Below are positions 57,232 through 64,000 of a DNA stretch of 64,000 bases, in pieces. The notes below the pieces were generated by a model. It was not told the DNA's origin. It was given only the letters and a program-made list of their open reading frames with translations, and made no database searches. The stretch comes from Alistipes sp. (GTDB lineage Bacteria; Bacteroidota; Bacteroidia; Bacteroidales; Rikenellaceae). The DNA is taken from contig JAZLDX010000025.1 in the NCBI GenBank assembly GCA_045614985.1, positions 39,177 to 103,176 of the forward strand. The letters are read 5' to 3'. The translations under genes and the position numbers were made by a program. Position 1 is the stretch's first letter. Every line of letters starts with the position of its first letter.

Positions 57232-58530
57232 ATGGCTATTTTTCAAGTAGAAGGCGGACACCGCCTGCATGGTGAAATCACCCCGCAAGGAGCCAAGAAT
57301 GAGGCTCTTCAGATCCTCTGTGCCACGTTGCTGACCCCCGAAAAGGTGATCGTAAGAAACGTGCCCCAAATCCTGGATGTGCTCCAACTCATCGAGTTGC
57401 TGAAGGCGATGGGGGTCGAGGTGGAAAAACTCTCCGACGACTGCTACTCGTTCCGCGCTGCCGAGATCAACCTCGACTACCTGCAGAGTGAGGATTACCG
57501 CCGTCGTGGAGCCAAGTTGCGCGGTTCGGTGATGATGCTCGGCCCGCTGTTGGCCCGTTTCGGAGTAGCCTACATCCCCAAGCCCGGAGGCGACAAAATC
57601 GGTCGCCGTCGCCTGGATACCCACTTCCTCGGATTCCAAAAATTGGGGGCCGAATTGGATTTTGCCGCAGGCAAGGTCTCAGCCAAGGAGTTGAAGGGTA
57701 CCTACATGCTCCTGGACGAAGCCTCGGTAACGGGTACGGCCAATATCGTGATGGCCGCCGTTTTGGCCAAGGGGACGACCACGATCTACAACGCCGCCTG
57801 CGAACCCTACCTGCAGCAACTCTGCAAGATGCTCAACCGCATGGGAGCAAAGATCTCGGGTATCGCCTCGAACCTGCTGACCATCGAGGGCGTGGAGTCG
57901 TTGGGAGGCACCGAGCACACGATGCTTCCCGACATGATCGAGGTGGGTAGTTTTATCGGCATGGCGGCCATGAACCGCTCGGAGCTTCTGATCCGCAATG
58001 TGTCGTTCGAAAATCTCGGTATTATCCCCACCCAATTTGCCCGCATGGGTATACAGTTCGAACAGCGGGGCGACGACCTATACATCCCGCAGCAGGATCA
58101 CTACCGCATCGAGACCTTTATGGATGGGTCGATCATGACCATCGCCGATGCTCCGTGGCCGGGTCTCACGCCCGACTTGCTGTCGATCTTCCTGGTGGTG
58201 GCCACCCAGGCCAAGGGAGCTGTACTGATCCACCAAAAGATGTTCGAGAGCCGCCTCTTCTTCGTCGATAAGTTGATCGACATGGGGGCCCAGATCATCC
58301 TCTGCGACCCCCACCGTGCCACCGTGATCGGACACAACCACGAGGTGCGCCTGCGCGCTACGCGCATGTCCTCGCCCGACATCCGTGCCGGCGTGGCCCT
58401 GCTGATTGCCGCCATGTCGGCCGAAGGGGTCTCGACCATCCAGAATGTGGATCAGATCGACCGCGGCTACCGCGACATCGACCGCCGACTGAATGCTCTG
58501 GGAGCAAGAATCACCCGCCTCGACGAGTAG
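57232..58530 (+). CDS. murA: UDP-N-acetylglucosamine 1-carboxyvinyltransferase
   Basis: GAKNEAL, LRGS...LGPLLAR, PGGDKIGRR.LD.H (Asp-type loop), SVTGT.N, IDRGY. Confidence 0.96.
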   Translation: MAIFQVEGGHRLHGEITPQGAKNEALQILCATLLTPEKVIVRNVPQILDVLQLIELLKAMGVEVEKLSDDCYSFRAAEINLDYLQSEDYRRRGAKLRGSVMMLGPLLARFGVAYIPKPGGDKIGRRRLDTHFLGFQKLGAELDFAAGKVSAKELKGTYMLLDEASVTGTANIVMAAVLAKGTTTIYNAACEPYLQQLCKMLNRMGAKISGIASNLLTIEGVESLGGTEHTMLPDMIEVGSFIGMAAMNRSELLIRNVSFENLGIIPTQFARMGIQFEQRGDDLYIPQQDHYRIETFMDGSIMTIADAPWPGLTPDLLSIFLVVATQAKGAVLIHQKMFESRLFFVDKLIDMGAQIILCDPHRATVIGHNHEVRLRATRMSSPDIRAGVALLIAAMSAEGVSTIQNVDQIDRGYRDIDRRLNALGARITRLDE

Positions 58531-58583
58531 GTTAAAAACACCATATAGGTATAACTGCAACAAATAAGGAAAAGAATCGAAAT

Positions 58584-59162
58584 ATGTTTTTGGAAAGTTC
58601 AACAAAGAAGGGCTGGATCGAAGTGATTTGCGGCTCGATGTTCTCGGGCAAGACCGAAGAGCTGATTCGCCGCATGAAGCGTGCGAAGTTTGCCAACCAG
58701 CGGGTCGAGATCTTCAAGCCCCGTATTGATGTACGATATTCGGAGGAGGAGGTCGTGTCGCACGACTCGAATGCCATCCGCTCCACCCCCGTGGATTCGG
58801 CACAAACCATCCTACTGATGGCCTCGGATGTGGATGTAGTGGGTATTGACGAGGCCCAGTTCTTCGACGAGGGAATCGTAGAGGTCTGCCGCAAGTTGGC
58901 CGACAACGGCGTGCGCGTCATCCTGGCCGGATTGGATATGGACTACCTGGGAAAGCCCTTTGGTCCGATGCCCGCCTTGATGGCTACGGCCGAGTATGTT
59001 ACCAAGGTACATGCTATCTGTGTTCGCTGTGGCAACCTAGCCCACCACTCGCACCGCCTAATTGTGGATGACAAACAGGTGGTCTTGGGAGCACAGGACA
59101 GCTACCAGCCCATCTGCCGCCACTGTTTCACCGAAGCCATGAAGGCCAAGAAAAACGAATAA
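58584..59162 (+). CDS. tdk: Thymidine kinase
   Basis: [31 protein letters not shown]...Y.PICR.C. Confidence 0.96.
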   Translation: MFLESSTKKGWIEVICGSMFSGKTEELIRRMKRAKFANQRVEIFKPRIDVRYSEEEVVSHDSNAIRSTPVDSAQTILLMASDVDVVGIDEAQFFDEGIVEVCRKLADNGVRVILAGLDMDYLGKPFGPMPALMATAEYVTKVHAICVRCGNLAHHSHRLIVDDKQVVLGAQDSYQPICRHCFTEAMKAKKNE

Positions 59163-59208
59163 CATCAATCGGTCAAAAAGGCCTGATTATTTCGAGATTA
59201 AACTTTTT

Positions 59209-59243
59209 AAAGCCTACCTAATCAATGGTTAGATAGGCTTTTT
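59209..59243 (+). terminator. Terminator after tdk
   Basis: AAAGCCTACCTAA/TTAGATAGGCTTT stem with a T tract. Confidence 0.65.
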
Positions 59244-59264
59244 CATATATAGCGGAATGAGATG

Positions 59265-59609
59265 TTAGGCAAGGGTATTCCGTGCCGACATGAAATTGGG
59301 GCGGATGGGTAGTACTTTCGTACGTCCCATTCACCCCAAGGATTGAAATGCGAAATTTTCCCCCCCTATTGCATGGTAAAGATGGGATACTAAGCGAGGA
59401 AATTCCGTGCCGACATGAAATTGGGGCGGATGGGTAGTACTTTCGTACGTCCCATTCACCCCAAGGATTGAGGTGCGGAATTTACCGCTTAGATTAGTCG
59501 TTTTAGGCGAGGATATTCCGTATATCGTAATAAGAAACCCGGGCGGGTAGTACTTGAGGTACGTCCCGCTCGGGTTTTGTTTAGGATATGCGGAATCTAC
59601 CGCATAAAA
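59265..59609 (+). repeat. Tandem array of three palindromic units, GTAC-loop-GTAC family (copies D, E, F)
   Basis: 70 bp identical at 59277-59346 and 59402-59471 (offset 125); third unit 59501-59609 keeps the fold with different stem sequence. Confidence 0.9.
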
Positions 59610-59612
59610 CGG

Positions 59613-62600
59613 CTAATACTCCATTTTTGCGTGGCGCTGATAGGTATTGTATCTCCACTTGGCATTCTCCTCGGCTGCCTGGAAGAGCTCCTCAGCCTCG
59701 GCGGGGAAGGCCTTCTGCAACGAGGTGTAGCGTACCTCCTTCTTGAGGAAGTCCTGGAACTTCGACCAATCGGGCTCCTTCGAGTCATAGACGAAGGGGT
59801 TCTTGCCGGCGGCCTCCAACTCGGGGTTGTAGTGCCACAAGTGCCAGTAACCACACTCCACGGCCTGCTTACCGACAGTCTGCGTGCGGGTCATTCCACC
59901 CTTGATACCGTGGTTGATACAGGGTGCGTAGGCGATGATGAGCGAGGGTCCGGGGTAGGCCTCGGCCTCCTTGAGCACATTGAAGAGTTGCTGCTGCGAA
60001 GCGCCAATCGACACCTGAGCTACATAGACATAACCATAGGTCATAGCAATGGCACCGATATCCTTCTTGCGGATGCGCTTACCGCTCGAGGCGAACTTGG
60101 CCACAGCTCCCACAGGGGTAGCCTTCGACGACTGACCACCGGTATTCGAGTATACCTCGGTGTCGATGATCAGGATATTAACATCCTGACCCGAGGCGAG
60201 GACATGGTCTACACCACCGAAGCCGATGTCGTAGCCCCAGCCGTCACCACCGATGATCCACTGCGACTTCTTCACGAGCCAATCCTTCATCTCGAGGATC
60301 TTCTGGCAGGCATCGCAACCGCAGGCCTCCATCATCGGCACCAGGCGGGCGGTAACCTCGGCCGAAGCCGACGACGAACCACGCTTCTCGATCCACTCCT
60401 TCATGGTGGCCTTCAATTCCTCGGAGCACTTGGCGCAGTTGGCAATGGCATCCTCCATGGCAAGCTGGATGCGGTCGCGGAGCTTCTCCACACCGACATG
60501 CATACCCAAACCGAACTCGGCATTATCCTCAAAGAGCGAGTTGGCCCAAGCGGGACCCTGACCCTTCTCGTTGGTGCAGTAGGGAGTCGAGGGGGCCGAA
60601 CCCGAGTAGATCGAGGTGCAACCCGTGGCATTGGCCACCATCATCTTGTCGCCGAAGAGCTGGGTAATGGCCTTGATATAGGGGGTCTCACCGCAACCGG
60701 CACAGGCACCCGAGAACTCGAACAGAGGCTGGGCGAACTGGAGGTTCTTCACCGACTTGGTCTTGTCTACGACATTCTTGTAGCCGATCTTCTCCACGCA
60801 GTAGTTCCAATGCTCGGCCTCCTTCATCTGGCTCTCCAGGGGCTTCATTACCAAAGCCTTCTCCTTCGAGGGGCAGACATCCACACAGTTGTTGCAACCC
60901 GTACAGTCGAGCGGCGAGAGTTGGATGCGGAACTTATACTCCTTGGTCTCACCCAAGCCCTGCTTGAACTCCAAGCCCGAAGCGGCAGCCTCCTCTTCCG
61001 TTGCCAGGAAGGGACGGATAGCGGCGTGGGGGCAGACATAAGCACACTGGTTACACTGGATACAGTTCTCCACCTTCCACTCAGGAACGCTCACGGCGAT
61101 ACCGCGCTTCTCCCAAGCAGCCGTACCGTTGTCCCAGGTACCATCCTCACGACCATTGAAAGCCGACACAGGGAGCAGATCGCCCTTCAGGGCGTTGATC
61201 GGATCCACGATGTTGCAGACAAACTCGGGACGCTTCTCGTCGGTGGTGCAGGCACAAGCCTCCTTGAGCTCAATCTCGGCCCAAGCGGCAGGAACCTCCA
61301 CCTTCTCTACGGCCGAACCTCCGGCATCCACGGCGGCGTAGTTCATATTAACGATATCCTCGCCCTTCTTGCCGTAGGACTTCAGGATGGCCTTCTTCAT
61401 CTCCTCGACAGCCTTCTCGAAGGGGATCACCTCGGCAATCTTGAAGAAGGCGGCCTGCATGATGGTGTTGGTCCGCGAACCCAAGCCCAACTCGGCAGCG
61501 ATCTTCGTGGCGTTGATGATATAGAAATTGATCTTATTCTTGGCCAAATAGACCTTCATGTGGTCGGGCAACGTGGCGCAGGTCGTGGCGGCATCGTGTA
61601 CCGAGTTCAAAAGGAACGAACCACCGGCCTTCAGACCCTTCAGCACGTCATACTTATCGACATACGAGGGGACATGGCAGGCTACGAAGTCGGGCGTAGT
61701 TACCAGGTAGGGCGAAGTGATGGGGTTGTCGCCGAAGCGGAGGTGCGACGAGGTGTAGCCACCCGACTTCTTCGAATCGTAAGAGAAGTAAGCCTGGCAA
61801 TACTTATTGGTCGAGCCACCGATAATCTTGATCGAGTTCTTGTTGGCACCCACCGTACCATCGGCACCCAGGCCAAAGAAGAGGGCCTCGAAGGTACCGG
61901 GCTTGGCCAGCGAAATCTCCTCGCCTACGGGCAGCGAGAGGAAGGTTACATCGTCGTTAATACCCACCGTGAAGTGGTTCTTGGGCTCAGCGGCAGCCAA
62001 GTTCTCGAATACAGCCAGCATCTGGGCGGGCGTCGTATCCTTCGACGAGAGGCCATAACGACCACCGATCACCATCGGCTGGTTCTCCTTGCCATAGAAC
62101 ATATCCTTTACATCGAGGTACAAGGGCTCACCATTCGATCCGGGCTCCTTCGTGCGGTCGAGCACACAGACACGCTTCACGGTCGTGGGCAGTACATCGA
62201 AGAAGTACTTCTCCGAGAAGGGACGATAGAGGTGTACGGTCACCAGACCCACCTTCTTACCCTGTGCCACAAGGTAGTCGATCGTCTCCTTGATGGTCTC
62301 GGTTACCGAACCCATCGCTACGATAATCTGCTCGGCATCCTCAGCACCATAGTAGGTGAAGGGCTTATAGTCACGACCCGTAATCTCCGAGATCTGCTTC
62401 ATAGCCTCGGCCACCATGTCGGGCACTGCGTTGTAGAACTTGTTCGAAGCCTCGCGGGTCTGGAAGTAGATGTCGGGGTTCTGAGCCGTACCGCGCGTTA
62501 CGGGGTGCTCGGGGTTAAGGGCCTTCTGACGGAAGGTCTTCAGGGCATCGCGGTCGAGCATCGCCGTCAAACGAGCCTCATCAATGAGTTCGATCTTCTG

Positions 62601-63143
62601 AATCTCGTGCGAAGTACGGAAACCATCGAAGAAGTGCAGGAAGGGAATGCGGGCCTTCAGGGCTACGATGTGAGCCACACCGGCCAAATCCATCACCTCC
62701 TGTACGGACGAGGTGGCCAACATAGCAAAGCCCGTCTGGCGGGTTGCCATCACATCCTGGTGGTCGCCGAAGATCGACAGAGACTGGGCGGCCAGGGCAC
62801 GAGCCGAGACATGGAATACACCGGGAAGCAACTCACCGGCGATCTTGTACATATTGGGGATCATCAGCAACAGACCCTGCGATGCGGTGAAGGTCGTCGT
62901 CAGAGCACCCGACTGCAACGAGCCATGTACAGCACCGGCAGCACCAGCCTCCGACTGCATCTCCACCACCTTGACGGTCTCGCCAAAGATGTTTTTACGT
63001 CCGGCAGCGGCCCACTCGTCAACGAGCTCGGCCATGGTGGACGACGGCGTAATAGGATAGATGGCGGCTACCTCCGAAAACATGTAGGCCACATGGGCGG
63101 CGGCGTAGTTACCATCACAAGTAATGAATTTCTTTTCTGCCAT
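59613..63143 (-). CDS. nifJ: Pyruvate:ferredoxin (flavodoxin) oxidoreductase
   Basis: YPITPSS, MQSEAGAAG, FTASQGLLLM, two ferredoxin motifs (CIQCNQC..VCP, CTGCNNC..VCP), GACAGCGE, GGDGW.YDIG. Confidence 0.97.
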   Translation of the reverse strand: MAEKKFITCDGNYAAAHVAYMFSEVAAIYPITPSSTMAELVDEWAAAGRKNIFGETVKVVEMQSEAGAAGAVHGSLQSGALTTTFTASQGLLLMIPNMYKIAGELLPGVFHVSARALAAQSLSIFGDHQDVMATRQTGFAMLATSSVQEVMDLAGVAHIVALKARIPFLHFFDGFRTSHEIQKIELIDEARLTAMLDRDALKTFRQKALNPEHPVTRGTAQNPDIYFQTREASNKFYNAVPDMVAEAMKQISEITGRDYKPFTYYGAEDAEQIIVAMGSVTETIKETIDYLVAQGKKVGLVTVHLYRPFSEKYFFDVLPTTVKRVCVLDRTKEPGSNGEPLYLDVKDMFYGKENQPMVIGGRYGLSSKDTTPAQMLAVFENLAAAEPKNHFTVGINDDVTFLSLPVGEEISLAKPGTFEALFFGLGADGTVGANKNSIKIIGGSTNKYCQAYFSYDSKKSGGYTSSHLRFGDNPITSPYLVTTPDFVACHVPSYVDKYDVLKGLKAGGSFLLNSVHDAATTCATLPDHMKVYLAKNKINFYIINATKIAAELGLGSRTNTIMQAAFFKIAEVIPFEKAVEEMKKAILKSYGKKGEDIVNMNYAAVDAGGSAVEKVEVPAAWAEIELKEACACTTDEKRPEFVCNIVDPINALKGDLLPVSAFNGREDGTWDNGTAAWEKRGIAVSVPEWKVENCIQCNQCAYVCPHAAIRPFLATEEEAAASGLEFKQGLGETKEYKFRIQLSPLDCTGCNNCVDVCPSKEKALVMKPLESQMKEAEHWNYCVEKIGYKNVVDKTKSVKNLQFAQPLFEFSGACAGCGETPYIKAITQLFGDKMMVANATGCTSIYSGSAPSTPYCTNEKGQGPAWANSLFEDNAEFGLGMHVGVEKLRDRIQLAMEDAIANCAKCSEELKATMKEWIEKRGSSSASAEVTARLVPMMEACGCDACQKILEMKDWLVKKSQWIIGGDGWGYDIGFGGVDHVLASGQDVNILIIDTEVYSNTGGQSSKATPVGAVAKFASSGKRIRKKDIGAIAMTYGYVYVAQVSIGASQQQLFNVLKEAEAYPGPSLIIAYAPCINHGIKGGMTRTQTVGKQAVECGYWHLWHYNPELEAAGKNPFVYDSKEPDWSKFQDFLKKEVRYTSLQKAFPAEAEELFQAAEENAKWRYNTYQRHAKMEY

Positions 63144-63358
63144 TTTTATCAGATTTTAACGTTATTTTCCAACTCAGTTTCCAACTAACCTATTTGATTT
63201 TCATCGCCTCTTTTTCACTTTTTTTTCAAAGCGCGAAAATTCGATGCAAAGATACAAAAAATTCGCCAAGGTTATCACACTTCAAGCGGTTGCAGAGATA
63301 AAATTTGACAAAAAAACATTTATCTTTGCCCAACGAAACCAAATATTATCAGGATCGA

Positions 63359-64000
63359 ATGATACCTTTCAAATCATACCGGCTCAAGAACGGCCTTATG
63401 GTTTTGGCCAATCGTGATCAACAGTCAAAACTCGCTGCCGTCAATCTTCTCTACAAAGTGGGGGCGCGAAACGAAAATCCGGCCCGCACGGGATTTGCTC
63501 ATCTGTTTGAGCACCTGATGTTTAGAGGAACAAAAGCCGTACCCGACTTCGATACTCCCGTACAGATGGCTTGTGGCGAAAACAACGCTTTTACAAACAA
63601 CGACTACACCGATTTCTACATCACCCTGCCAAAGGACAACATCGAGACTGCTCTTTGGCTTGAGAGCGACCGTATGACGGGACTCGAAATCACCTCCGAA
63701 GTGCTCGAAACCGAAAAACGGGTAGTGATCGAGGAGTTTCGCCAACGCTACCTGAACCAACCCTATGGCGATCAGATGATGCTCCTACGCGGATTGTGCT
63801 ACCGCGAACACCCCTATCGCTGGGCCACCATCGGACTCACTCCCGAACACATCGAGGAGGCTACGCTCCAAGAGGTCGAGGCCTTCTATCGCCACTTCTA
63901 CCGCCCCTCGAATGCCATCCTCTCGATCTCGGGCGATTTGGAGGAGGAGCGCATGTTCGAATTGGCCGAGCGTTGGTTCGGCTCGATTCCCGACGATGGT
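63359..64000 (+). CDS. M16-family (pitrilysin/insulinase-like) peptidase, truncated by the window end
   Basis: MIPFKSYRLKNGL...VGARNE...TGFAHLFEHLMF (HxxEH), NAFT..DYT; TATCTTTG promoter at 63321-63328; not in the ORF track. Confidence 0.9.
   Translation, partial: MIPFKSYRLKNGLMVLANRDQQSKLAAVNLLYKVGARNENPARTGFAHLFEHLMFRGTKAVPDFDTPVQMACGENNAFTNNDYTDFYITLPKDNIETALWLESDRMTGLEITSEVLETEKRVVIEEFRQRYLNQPYGDQMMLLRGLCYREHPYRWATIGLTPEHIEEATLQEVEAFYRHFYRPSNAILSISGDLEEERMFELAERWFGSIPDDG

Noticed and set aside
59277-59471. Direct repeats as a possible CRISPR array
   Set aside because: The repeat is 70 bp with only two identical copies, the units are nested hairpins, there are no cas genes, and related units are dispersed elsewhere.
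59577-63188. 1203-aa ORF antisense to nifJ, and similar long antisense ORFs (753-2135, 3049-4380, 22188-23831, 40474-41943, 44937-46775, 48387-49826, 19215-20264)
   Set aside because: They mirror well-supported genes. The host rarely uses TTA/CTA/TCA codons, so the antisense frame lacks stops. The translations have no recognisable motifs.

Overview
Core-chromosome segment of a fairly GC-rich Bacteroidota genome, most likely Rikenellaceae/Alistipes-like. This is inferred from TAnnTTTG promoters, A-rich start regions without Shine-Dalgarno motifs, many lipoproteins and the gene content. It holds about 50 CDS and two tRNAs (Asp-GTC, Thr-CGT). Housekeeping genes include nrdJ, recF, mutS, rplT/rpmI, def, ruvX, glyQS, rpoN, asnS, rlmH, nadE, nadC, rpmH, murA, tdk and nifJ. 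I saw no integrase, transposase, prophage or CRISPR-Cas. Four observations stand out. (1) A dispersed family of ~105-126 bp imperfect palindromes shares an apical GGG-NN-GTAC-loop-GTAC-NN-CCC core and shows compensatory stem changes; there are six copies plus one fragment, three of them in tandem. (2) A complete urease operon, resembling the Yersinia/Brucella type, carries a urea channel and is headed by a Fluc fluoride exporter and a consensus sigma-54 promoter. (3) A type V pilin (fimbrillin) is fused to a CotH kinase domain. (4) A RibH homologue and a LacZ-like GH2 homologue both appear to have lost their catalytic residues. Family assignments come from motif recognition only; no database searches were run.
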